IMG/VR virus record: IMGVR_UViG_3300045988_179398
Location: 60,111 to 124,110 of that record
From: a virus
Reading direction: 5' to 3' (one strand)
DNA: 64,000 nucleotides
The position numbers were made by a program, and so were the translations under genes. The notes beneath the pieces are model-generated. The model was not told the DNA's origin. It saw only the letters and a list, made by a program, of their open reading frames with translations, and did no database searches. Positions 54,809 through 62,814 of the stretch are shown here, piece after piece; within the stretch, counting starts at the first letter, position 1; each line of letters starts with the position of its first letter.

Positions 54809-55051
54809 TTAATAATTCGTCGCGATTGCATACGGAAATTCTTCCATAAAGTCATCGTCGTTATCTGCTTTCCAGCAGTGAAGTTCGTTTTCTTCAAGGT
54901 CTTTTTGATCCGATATATCGTCGAATTTGATCGAAAGATAATATTTTGCGTTCTCTTTCGCCTCTTCTAAGGTTTTGCCGAAGCAAATGCCGTGAATACC
55001 GTTTCTTTCATCGTAAAATAAATAAAGATTGTTTAAAATAATGTTTTCCAT
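54809..55051 (-). CDS. hypothetical acidic protein
   Basis: AAGGAG RBS preceded by the conserved hairpin at 55064-55085. Confidence 0.55.
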   Translation of the reverse strand: MENIILNNLYLFYDERNGIHGICFGKTLEEAKENAKYYLSIKFDDISDQKDLEENELHCWKADNDDDFMEEFPYAIATNY

Positions 55052-55063
55052 AATAACTCCTTT

Positions 55064-55085
55064 GCGCAGGATATACCGCCTGCGC
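55064..55085 (-). promoter_or_regulatory. conserved intergenic hairpin, copy 1
   Basis: + strand: GCGCAGG-ATATACCG-CCTGCGC. Flanked by CATAATAACTCCTTT and TCGGTTT. Confidence 0.5.
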
Positions 55086-55108
55086 TCGGTTTAATTTTTT
55101 TTTGTTCT

Positions 55109-55447
55109 TTATTTTATCTTTTTATCGATATACTCGATAATTGAATTTGCTTGTTTTTCATCGTAAAGCGTTGTCAAGTCTTTCCGACTTATAATCAATA
55201 GACACTTAGCCAAACCGTGACGAACGGCATTTCCCCACGGCGCACCGCTTAGCCAATCAAGCGGCATTGCTTTGTCGTTTAATATTAGATAATCGTCGTA
55301 ATAACTTATATCTTCAAAATGGTAGAACAGAGTTGAAGTTTTGTATTCGGGGTGAAAGAACGGTGTTTTGTCATCCTTAACCGCCTTTGCAACAATGAAC
55401 GAAACCTCATTCCATTTGTGCGTTTGTAAATAGTCTTTTACTTTCAT
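55109..55447 (-). CDS. hypothetical protein
   Basis: AAGGAG RBS preceded by the conserved hairpin at 55460-55481. Confidence 0.55.
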   Translation of the reverse strand: MKVKDYLQTHKWNEVSFIVAKAVKDDKTPFFHPEYKTSTLFYHFEDISYYDDYLILNDKAMPLDWLSGAPWGNAVRHGLAKCLLIISRKDLTTLYDEKQANSIIEYIDKKIK

Positions 55448-55459
55448 AATAACTCCTTT

Positions 55460-55481
55460 CCTGCGAATATACCGTCGCAGG
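55460..55481 (-). promoter_or_regulatory. conserved intergenic hairpin, copy 2
   Basis: + strand: CCTGCGA-ATATACCG-TCGCAGG. Same loop and flanks as copy 1, with a different but still complementary stem. Confidence 0.5.
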
Positions 55482-55489
55482 TCGGTTTT

Positions 55490-56170
55490 TTAATTCTTTT
55501 TGTTTTCGCGTTCGCGATAGCAACCTCTGCAAGCGCACCAATCGCATACTTTCGCGTCATCGGCGTGCAAACATTCGTCGCAAAGCATCATTTTTGAGCC
55601 GCAGTGAGGGCAATAAGCGACGTAACCGTCTTTCTCGACGTCCCACGTTATAATATTTTCCTCTCCACATTCAGGGCAAACTTCGACGACTTCATATTGC
55701 TGAATTTGGTTGCGGTGTTCTGCTTCTTCTCTGTCTTCGACTAAGCACTTGTCTTCGTTCCATTGAACGAGAAGAAGATAATTGTCTTTCGATACGTCGA
55801 AAATATCGGTCAAAATCTCGTTTATTTTCCATTCGGCATCGTCTTTACCCATAAAGCATTCGTCGAAATCGTAAATGCGCAAGTGCTGTCCGCCGTAATA
55901 GTCGAACGCGAACTGTCTGTTTCCGCTGTTAAACCCGATTTCTCCAAGTTCTTTTACGCCATACCAGCCACTTTCTCTGATATCCGAGAGAATTTCGGGA
56001 ATCGTTATATTGTCGTCTTCATCGTAAGAAGTCAGCGCAAAATCGGCGATGAATTTCGTTTTGCCAGGTTTCGCTATTCCGTCCGAGATTTTGCCAGCGA
56101 GATATTTTGCAAAAGATTTGATGGTTTCGATGGTGTAAGTGTCTCCGTTGTCTGTAAATTGTATTCTCAT
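55490..56170 (-). CDS. protein with C-terminal double zinc ribbon
   Basis: CPECG...CPHCG...CDEC...CDWCACRGC. Confidence 0.55.
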   Translation of the reverse strand: MRIQFTDNGDTYTIETIKSFAKYLAGKISDGIAKPGKTKFIADFALTSYDEDDNITIPEILSDIRESGWYGVKELGEIGFNSGNRQFAFDYYGGQHLRIYDFDECFMGKDDAEWKINEILTDIFDVSKDNYLLLVQWNEDKCLVEDREEAEHRNQIQQYEVVEVCPECGEENIITWDVEKDGYVAYCPHCGSKMMLCDECLHADDAKVCDWCACRGCYRERENKKN

Positions 56171-56234
56171 AATATTTCCTTTTTCGGCTCTTGGCGTAAG
56201 AGAGTGTCCCGACGTAGTTTTTAATTAGTTAATT

Positions 56235-56615
56235 TTAGTATTCCGAAATAACGATATAAATATCGCCAATTCTGTTCACCCATTCGTTATCGAGCGGGTT
56301 GTATTCTCCGCTCGGCAAATCCCAATTGAGTTCCTCATGAAGATATTTAATTGTCTGATCTTTGTTCCCGATAAAATCGCAATCGCAAACGAGCCAATCC
56401 ATCAGATCGAGAACGTTTTTGAAGCTTTCGAGCATTTCGATGTAGCCGTTGTATTGTTCCTCTTCGGTCGGGTCGGAGTCGTCGTGCCTTTCGATGGGAA
56501 GATAATCGAGATACTTTTCGTCGGAATCGTAGAGTTTTACTCTGTCTTGCTCTTCGCGGTTTTCGAGTTCTTCGATGTAAAAGTTGCCTAAATAACTGTT
56601 ATTGATTTTACGCAT
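56235..56615 (-). CDS. hypothetical acidic protein
   Basis: GGAGG RBS lies in the loop of a hairpin that pairs with the start codon (56610-56638). Confidence 0.55.
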   Translation of the reverse strand: MRKINNSYLGNFYIEELENREEQDRVKLYDSDEKYLDYLPIERHDDSDPTEEEQYNGYIEMLESFKNVLDLMDWLVCDCDFIGNKDQTIKYLHEELNWDLPSGEYNPLDNEWVNRIGDIYIVISEY

Positions 56616-56638
56616 ATTTTATTACCTCCTTTATGCGT
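56610..56638 (-). promoter_or_regulatory. start-codon-sequestering hairpin, copy 1
   Basis: mRNA: ACGCAU-AAAGGAGGUAAUAAAAU-AUGCGU. The 5' arm abuts the upstream stop codon. Confidence 0.45.
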
Positions 56639-56847
56639 TAAATTTCGTTTCTGATTACGTCGTCCATCCAGCCGTCGAGTAAATCGACTGACCTCTTTTC
56701 GACGAAGCCTTGTGTTGTGCCGAAAGCCAGAATGTTTACGAGTTTGTCGTAAGCCTTGTCTGCTTGCTTTGTGAGCGTGCCATCGGCTTTGAAGATCTTC
56801 TTCGCGCCGAGTGCCTGTAATAATTCTTCGAGATTTGTGATTTGCAT
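56638..56847 (-). CDS. hypothetical protein
   Basis: GGAGG RBS before ATG 56847. The listed start at 56868 overlaps the upstream gene. Confidence 0.55.
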   Translation of the reverse strand: MQITNLEELLQALGAKKIFKADGTLTKQADKAYDKLVNILAFGTTQGFVEKRSVDLLDGWMDDVIRNEI

Positions 56848-56848
56848 T

Positions 56849-57250
56849 TTATACCTCCAATTCGGCAAGTTCGATTTGCCAATATTCGTTAATTGTGTCG
56901 ATGATTGTTTCTGCTTTGAATCCGTCGAATAACCGATAAACGTTTACGGTGTTCCAATTATCGGGTTCAGCCTCTTCGTCGTAATCATCCATATACGCCC
57001 ATTCGAGAGCCTGATAAGCCCAAGCACGTATCGAGCCGTAACGCTCAAACGCGAAATCTGACCCTTCGTAATCTGCCGTGTTTACGTAGATTTTGTCGGT
57101 CGGCAATTTTTCAATAGCTTCGACCGATTTCGGGAAGATATCTTTGAATCTTTCGATATCTTCTGCGTGGGTCAAATCCATGTTGGTGTATTCGTCGAGT
57201 GACGAGATTTGTTGCTGTTCTTTGAGTTGTGCCAATGTGATTTTGTTCAT
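56849..57250 (-). CDS. hypothetical acidic protein
   Basis: AAGGAG RBS. Confidence 0.55.
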   Translation of the reverse strand: MNKITLAQLKEQQQISSLDEYTNMDLTHAEDIERFKDIFPKSVEAIEKLPTDKIYVNTADYEGSDFAFERYGSIRAWAYQALEWAYMDDYDEEAEPDNWNTVNVYRLFDGFKAETIIDTINEYWQIELAELEV

Positions 57251-57267
57251 ATTTTAATCTCCTTTAA

Positions 57268-57582
57268 TTAAAATTTTTCTTCTGGAACGTTCGGGCAATA
57301 ATTGAGATGGAATCTAATGTCGAAGCAAGAGAATTCATCTTGGTGCATTTTACCATCATCTCCGTAATACATCAAATCCTGCATGTATGTGTGCCCGCTG
57401 TCTACGCATTCCAAACTCTTTAAGAGTTCGAGAATTGCTCTTTTGTTTTGAACGAGGAATTCGTATTCCGCGTCTTCGAACTCGTTGAAGAAGACGGTGT
57501 AATTCCCGTCTTCTGTTTCAAGTCTGCCTTTAATTTCGATTTTGCTTACAAATTGCTGTAATTCGTCTTTTTTGCTAATCAT
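57268..57582 (-). CDS. hypothetical protein
   Basis: AAGGAGG RBS. Confidence 0.55.
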   Translation of the reverse strand: MISKKDELQQFVSKIEIKGRLETEDGNYTVFFNEFEDAEYEFLVQNKRAILELLKSLECVDSGHTYMQDLMYYGDDGKMHQDEFSCFDIRFHLNYCPNVPEEKF

Positions 57583-57592
57583 AATAGCCTCC

Positions 57593-57793
57593 TTAAATTT
57601 TTTCTTCTTTCCAGCCGAACCATTTGTACGCCTCGACCATTTTGCTGATTGCCGACTTTTCGACCTTTATTGGGTCTCCGTAAAAACTCACGAAGTCACG
57701 ATAAAATTTGCGGTTTGCAACATCGACGCGAAGTCGCGCCGTATTGCCGTTTTTGTCTGTTTTGCCGATAAATTCCATAATTTCTGCTGTCAT
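57593..57793 (-). CDS. hypothetical protein
   Basis: GGAGG RBS. Confidence 0.55.
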   Translation of the reverse strand: MTAEIMEFIGKTDKNGNTARLRVDVANRKFYRDFVSFYGDPIKVEKSAISKMVEAYKWFGWKEEKI

Positions 57794-57827
57794 AATAGAC
57801 CTCCAATTTTATTTAGAAGAAAATGGG

Positions 57828-58238
57828 TTATAAACCCATCTTCTTCCATTTTTCTTCAAGAGCCTTTTCATTCAGCTCTTTTAAGTGTGCAAGCAACCCT
57901 TCCGAGAGAACTACCTTTTCGTCGTGAGTGTTGATTTTGCGAAGTTCTTCGAGTTCTACTTCTGTCAAGTCATCTTTGTATAACGTTCTGACAATGTCGA
58001 TAAGTTCGCCGTAAATGTCAGCCGAGAACGAGTAACCATATCCGTGACGACCTTTTCCGTAATAAGTCGTGAAATTACCGAAGCTTTGAAGAACTTCCAT
58101 ATAAGTTATATTTCCACGCTTCTTGTGGTCGATGTCGGTTACGATAAAATACGGTTGAACGAACGGGCGTTCTTTGCTTTCGATCGTGATGAAGAAGTAA
58201 TCGGGTTTGCCTGCTTTGTAAATACTGTTGAATTCCAT
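57828..58238 (-). CDS. hypothetical protein
   Basis: AGGAG RBS. Preceded by the 166-nt gap at 58239-58404. Confidence 0.55.
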   Translation of the reverse strand: MEFNSIYKAGKPDYFFITIESKERPFVQPYFIVTDIDHKKRGNITYMEVLQSFGNFTTYYGKGRHGYGYSFSADIYGELIDIVRTLYKDDLTEVELEELRKINTHDEKVVLSEGLLAHLKELNEKALEEKWKKMGL

Positions 58239-58404
58239 ATAAGAATTTCTCCTAAAAATTTATTTGCGATTTGCGGATTGCTGTACGAGACCGCAGGCTC
58301 GCTTACCCACCAGACGCTTTACCACTTCGGCAGGGACGTCTAAGCCCATTCAACGCTTTGCGAGGAGTGCCTAATTTAGATTTGTATAATCGTGATTTAA
58401 CGAT

Positions 58405-58644
58405 TTATCTAATAACTTTGCCTGTTTCGCTATCCCATTCGAGACCGATGAGACTTGCGAGATATTCGGGTTCGAACCACATCAAATCGTTGATTTGCGT
58501 TTCTTCGTAACCGTCGCCGTTGTCCGCTGCTTCGAGCTCTTCGCCGATTCGGTCGAGCTCTTCGAGTGTGAATTCTTCTGCGTTCGCAATTGCGCCGCTC
58601 CAAAATTCAAAACTGCTTAAACTTTCGTCTCTGTAAATTTTCAT
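58405..58644 (-). CDS. hypothetical acidic protein
   Basis: AAGGAGG RBS. Confidence 0.55.
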   Translation of the reverse strand: MKIYRDESLSSFEFWSGAIANAEEFTLEELDRIGEELEAADNGDGYEETQINDLMWFEPEYLASLIGLEWDSETGKVIR

Positions 58645-58660
58645 GGTAATTTACCTCCTT

Positions 58661-58993
58661 TTACCATCTTTTAAAACTGATTTTCTTTTCGATAAACTGC
58701 ATCGGATAAGTTCTGCTTCCTTCGAACGGGAAAACCTTATCTGCGCATTTAATCGGCGTGAATTCGTCGGTTATATATGTTAAACATTTATAACCTTCAA
58801 CTTCGATTACGATCGCGTCTTTGCCTGCGAAATCAGGCCAACGCGATTCGATAATGCTCATAATCGCTTCTGCTTCGGGTTTTGTGAAACGGGATTCGAG
58901 AAGCTCCTGCGCATAGCCTCTGCGTTTGTCAAATTCGCTCCAATTTTCAGGAGTGGAAAGTGCAAAAGTGTATTCGTTGTTATTTAATGTCAT
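58661..58993 (-). CDS. hypothetical protein
   Basis: AAGGAGG RBS before ATG 58993. The listed start at 59044 overlaps the upstream gene. Confidence 0.55.
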   Translation of the reverse strand: MTLNNNEYTFALSTPENWSEFDKRRGYAQELLESRFTKPEAEAIMSIIESRWPDFAGKDAIVIEVEGYKCLTYITDEFTPIKCADKVFPFEGSRTYPMQFIEKKISFKRW

Positions 58994-59009
58994 GGCTGTT
59001 TTACCTCCT

Positions 59010-59474
59010 TTAGCCAATAAATTCCATTGTGATGGTTTCGTCATCTTCTTTGATCATTTTGTATTGATAAATTGCGTTATCTTCATCAAGAAATTTGATT
59101 TCAATATACGAATTTTCAACATAATCGTCAAAAACCTGCTTGTAGACTACCAAACATCCGCTGACTGGTAAAAGATAATAATCGTCATTTTCCAGCGCGA
59201 TATCATAATCTTCTTCTTCGTCTTCGCAATCTTCGAATTCATCGAAACTTGCTGGCGAGCAACCTTCGAATGTCTCGTCGTTGTGCTCAATCGCCCAATT
59301 TATTAGGTAATTAATATACCTTTCGTGCCTGCTGTCGCTGTCTGTTTCTGCGCAAATTGCCTCTTCAAGGTCGCAATGCGCCATTTCGAGTGCTTGTTTT
59401 TCAAGCGTGTCGAGTACTTGCCCGTTGTTTATTTCATCGTTTACTGAAATTTTTGCAAAAACTGTTCTTTTCAT
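59010..59474 (-). CDS. acidic protein, paralog of 60027-60458
   Basis: Shared KQVFDD(Y/F)V..SYI.I.F and C-terminal ..DDE.IT.EFIG. Confidence 0.6.
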   Translation of the reverse strand: MKRTVFAKISVNDEINNGQVLDTLEKQALEMAHCDLEEAICAETDSDSRHERYINYLINWAIEHNDETFEGCSPASFDEFEDCEDEEEDYDIALENDDYYLLPVSGCLVVYKQVFDDYVENSYIEIKFLDEDNAIYQYKMIKEDDETITMEFIG

Positions 59475-59503
59475 GATTTTACTCCTTCCTTCTGTTTTGT
59501 TTT

Positions 59504-59707
59504 TTAGTTGAGCGTAATTACTTCATCGGGTTCATCCGAGCCGACTTTGTAAATTATTGCTCTTGCTTCGCCCGTATCTTTGAGAATATCGAGAGCGATT
59601 TCGCTTTCGTTTCCGTCTTTATCGGTGAAGACAAGGCGGATTCCCTCCGCCATGCCGTCATCGTAGCTGGTTACTTTTACTGTTCCGTTTTCGAGTTTTG
59701 CTTTCAT
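59504..59707 (-). CDS. hypothetical protein
   Basis: AAGGAG RBS. Confidence 0.55.
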   Translation of the reverse strand: MKAKLENGTVKVTSYDDGMAEGIRLVFTDKDGNESEIALDILKDTGEARAIIYKVGSDEPDEVITLN

Positions 59708-59726
59708 TTTTTTATCTCCTTTTAAT

Positions 59727-59951
59727 TTATTTCACTTCGTAAAATTTCGGCATTCCGCCGAGTTCGTAATTGTTAATCGTCTCTTCGGTTTCATCGTTGA
59801 AATCTGTATCAACCATATCGTTGTAATTGAGTTCGATTTCGCCATTGTAATAAGCGTCTTCGGCTTTCTGTAATGCCTCGCTCGAATCTTCTGCGTGAAC
59901 TTCGACAATTTTGTTGAGCGTTTCTGTTACGCTGATGTAATAAGTTTTCAT
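59727..59951 (-). CDS. hypothetical acidic protein
   Basis: AAGGAG RBS. Confidence 0.55.
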   Translation of the reverse strand: MKTYYISVTETLNKIVEVHAEDSSEALQKAEDAYYNGEIELNYNDMVDTDFNDETEETINNYELGGMPKFYEVK

Positions 59952-60026
59952 ATTTACTCCTTTCCCTTTCGGGACGGTCGGGTTTGGTTTTTAAGCCGAC
60001 TTTGCGACCCCGACCGTTTTGTTTTT

Positions 60027-60458
60027 TTAACCAATAAATTCACAGGTAATGAATTCGTCGTCTTCGCTTTCCATTATGTATGTGTAAACGTTGTCATCTC
60101 CATTGTCGTTGACAAATTGGATTTTGATGTAAGAATGTTTAACAAAATCGTCAAACACTTGTTTGTCAATCCGAATTTCTCCGTGATAATCATCGCGTTC
60201 ATAATCGCCTTCATCGAGCACCAAATCGGCCACGCTTTCATAATCAATGTCTTCGTCTTCAGACACGTTTTCATCATCAGCGTCTTCGTCTTCGAACGGG
60301 TTAAAGCCCCAATCTTTTAAGTCTTCATCGGTTATCCCGATATCCGTTCCGAGTGCCAAGAGACGTTCGTAAGTTTGTTCTGCGGAGGTTTCTTCGCATA
60401 AATCGTTTACGAGTGCTTCGAGTAATTCTGCCTTTTTCTGTAATTCCAAATTTTTCAT
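60027..60458 (-). CDS. acidic protein, paralog of 59010-59474
   Basis: AAGGAA RBS before ATG 60458. The 5' leader is 74% identical to that of the 55490-56170 gene. Confidence 0.6.
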   Translation of the reverse strand: MKNLELQKKAELLEALVNDLCEETSAEQTYERLLALGTDIGITDEDLKDWGFNPFEDEDADDENVSEDEDIDYESVADLVLDEGDYERDDYHGEIRIDKQVFDDFVKHSYIKIQFVNDNGDDNVYTYIMESEDDEFITCEFIG

Positions 60459-60511
60459 AATAATTCCTTTTTCGGCTTTCTGAGCATAAAAGTGTCCCAA
60501 GGCTGTTTTGA

Positions 60512-61069
60512 TTAAAGAATTTCTTCGTCTACGAGAGCCGTTTCGATGTCATCGAAAGTTTCTGTCACTTCACAATCTTCGGGGATTTCCCCGTCACGAG
60601 TTCTGTCATCGGTATATTTGATTACAACGGCAGGTGCATCTCCGCCGTAAATTTCCGATTCGAAAAGCACGTAGGTTACGCCGTTATGCGTTAAGTGGTC
60701 AATTTCGTACCAAGTGCCGATTCTCCCCTCGATTTTGATATTTTCGAGTTTCATATGCGGCTGTCTTTCGCGGTCTAAAACCAACTCGTCTTTTAACGGA
60801 GTATAATCGACTAGATATTCATTCCAGACCGCTTCGGTTATGTCTTCGCAATCGTCGAATATCGTTTCGAGTAACCAACGCAACTGTTCGTTCGTGTCTT
60901 TAATCGCCGATTGCCCGTAATGCCGCCAACTGATGAATTTCGACGGATAAGGCGAGTGGAAGATTGCCCCTCCAAACGCCTTGCCGTTCTTTTGCACGGG
61001 AACGTAAATTTTCCCGTCATTGATGTTTCTGCGGATTTCCGCAATTTCTTGATTTGTGAATTTACGCAT
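60512..61069 (-). CDS. hypothetical protein
   Basis: AAGGAGG RBS before ATG 61069, within hairpin 61064-61090. The listed start at 61171 overlaps the upstream gene. Confidence 0.55.
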   Translation of the reverse strand: MRKFTNQEIAEIRRNINDGKIYVPVQKNGKAFGGAIFHSPYPSKFISWRHYGQSAIKDTNEQLRWLLETIFDDCEDITEAVWNEYLVDYTPLKDELVLDRERQPHMKLENIKIEGRIGTWYEIDHLTHNGVTYVLFESEIYGGDAPAVVIKYTDDRTRDGEIPEDCEVTETFDDIETALVDEEIL

Positions 61070-61090
61070 GTTTATTACCTCCTTATGCGT
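61064..61090 (-). promoter_or_regulatory. start-codon-sequestering hairpin, copy 2
   Basis: mRNA: ACGCAU-AAGGAGGUAAUAAAC-AUGCGU. The 5' arm overlaps the last codons and stop of the upstream gene. Confidence 0.45.
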
Positions 61091-61361
61091 TATGTTTCGT
61101 TGCGAATAAATCGAGCGTGTAATGACTTTCGGCGTATTCGCCTTCGGGATAGGATTGATAGCTATACCCATTTCTTTCGATTACGTCGTCTCTTTCCTCT
61201 TCTTTAAGGAACGCTTTGTCGTCTGCGACGAGTTGTTCGAATTTTTCGTGCGCCGTTTCTTCATCATCGAAAATAAAGGTTTGAATTTCTTCGTAGCCGT
61301 CATTACAGCTATTTTCGATGATGATGTAAAGTTCTGTTTTGTTTGTTCTTAAATCTTTCAT
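61083..61361 (-). CDS. hypothetical acidic protein
   Basis: AGGAGGG RBS. Confidence 0.55.
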   Translation of the reverse strand: MKDLRTNKTELYIIIENSCNDGYEEIQTFIFDDEETAHEKFEQLVADDKAFLKEEERDDVIERNGYSYQSYPEGEYAESHYTLDLFATKHNA

Positions 61362-61420
61362 GGCTTAAAGCCCTCCTAAAATATTTTTGCCCGTTTATGG
61401 TCGATAGATCAACCGATTTT

Positions 61421-62641
61421 TTATTGCTTAATCGAGAATTCTCTCGTGTTAGCCGCTTCTTGTTCATCCGATTTCTTGCAATTGCATTTTACGCATAAAA
61501 TCTGCAAATTTCCATATTCCGTTTTACCGCCTTTCGACCACGGAATTATGTGGTCTGCGTGAGCCGATTTTATATCGGGAATCTCGCATTCGCAATAAGC
61601 GCATTTGTGGTCTTGTTCTTCGAATTTCGAGCGTTTCATCGAGTCGTCGAACGCACGCGGCGAGAGGATTTTCTCTTCCCCCGAAAAGACGTATTCGAAA
61701 ACCGCGACTTTCTTTGTAATTTCGGGGTTCTCCATCAACGCGTCGACTTTCGCTCTGATTTCACGCGGCGAACACGGAATTTCGTGATAACGGTTATAGA
61801 GCAAACCCCATTCGACTTTCGGCAATTCCTTTTTGTATTTTGTTCCGAAAATGTAATTTGCCCAGCCGAGCACTTCTTCGTAATAAGCGAAAAGCGATTT
61901 CGCGTTTTCGTCCGAGCGATGTGCTTTAAGATAACCTCTTATTGCCCTATCGAGATTCCCATCGTTGAAACCCTCGAAATCTGCGTGCCAGAATAAAACT
62001 TGTTCGAGTAATTCCTGTCTGAGTGTCGAGTTGTTTACAAACACGTCGTAACCGTTTGCGAGTGCCGCTCCTGCCGCTCCGCTGACGAAATACCTTCTTG
62101 CATCGCTGACGAACGGACCACTGTAAACTGCCGAGCGTAATTCTTGCGCTTTGAGTGCTTTGCCTGCGATGTTTATCGTCGAGAACCAATCAAGTTTTTC
62201 GCTGACGTCGCCCGAACAAACGTAGATGAGTAATTCCTGATCGAGAATTTGTTCCTGCTCCGATTCGGGTAAATCGGAAAAGAATTTATCTTCTCCGTAG
62301 ATCGAAATCGAAACTCCATCTGTTAAGATGTTTAGAATCGAAATCGTTCTTTGTTGCCCGTCGATAAGTTCGTAACTTCCGTCGCCCGTATCGCACCAAT
62401 ACATAGTGCCGAGGGGAAACGCTCTGTGTAACGTCTCGAAGACCTTTTTCTGGTCTTGCTCCGAGTAGACGAACTCTCTCTGATAAGACGGGCGAGGATT
62501 TAATCTCCCACCGAAACAACGGATTTCGCCTGTTTCTTTATTCGTGAAACACGGTTCACCAAATTCGTTCGTGCAGCCTTCAAAAAGGCGTCTGATGGTT
62601 ACTGCGTAACCGAAATGTTCTTTTGCTGTTAAATTTTTCAT
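61421..62641 (-). CDS. DUF262 (ParB/GmrSD-N-like) - HNH nuclease fusion
   Basis: DGQQRTISIL motif in the N-terminal half. C-terminal CAYCE...HADHIIPWSKGG...N.QILCVKCNCKKSD HNH. Confidence 0.75.
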   Translation of the reverse strand: MKNLTAKEHFGYAVTIRRLFEGCTNEFGEPCFTNKETGEIRCFGGRLNPRPSYQREFVYSEQDQKKVFETLHRAFPLGTMYWCDTGDGSYELIDGQQRTISILNILTDGVSISIYGEDKFFSDLPESEQEQILDQELLIYVCSGDVSEKLDWFSTINIAGKALKAQELRSAVYSGPFVSDARRYFVSGAAGAALANGYDVFVNNSTLRQELLEQVLFWHADFEGFNDGNLDRAIRGYLKAHRSDENAKSLFAYYEEVLGWANYIFGTKYKKELPKVEWGLLYNRYHEIPCSPREIRAKVDALMENPEITKKVAVFEYVFSGEEKILSPRAFDDSMKRSKFEEQDHKCAYCECEIPDIKSAHADHIIPWSKGGKTEYGNLQILCVKCNCKKSDEQEAANTREFSIKQ

Positions 62642-62663
62642 AATTAAAACTCCTTTATTTTTT

Positions 62664-62700
62664 TATTAGAAAAGAGCGGTTTAATTCCCGCTCTTTCTTG
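62664..62700 (-). terminator. candidate terminator between the methyltransferase and the DUF262-HNH gene
   Basis: - strand: AAAGAGCGG-GAAUUAAA-CCGCUCUUU-UCU. Confidence 0.4.
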
Positions 62701-62814
62701 CTTTAATAAACATACGACGATAGATTTTAGTTCCCTTGATTATCGGGCGTGAAACCATGTCGTAATACCACGAATATTCTTGCATACTTACGTTTGCCGT
62801 TGATGTGCCATCCG

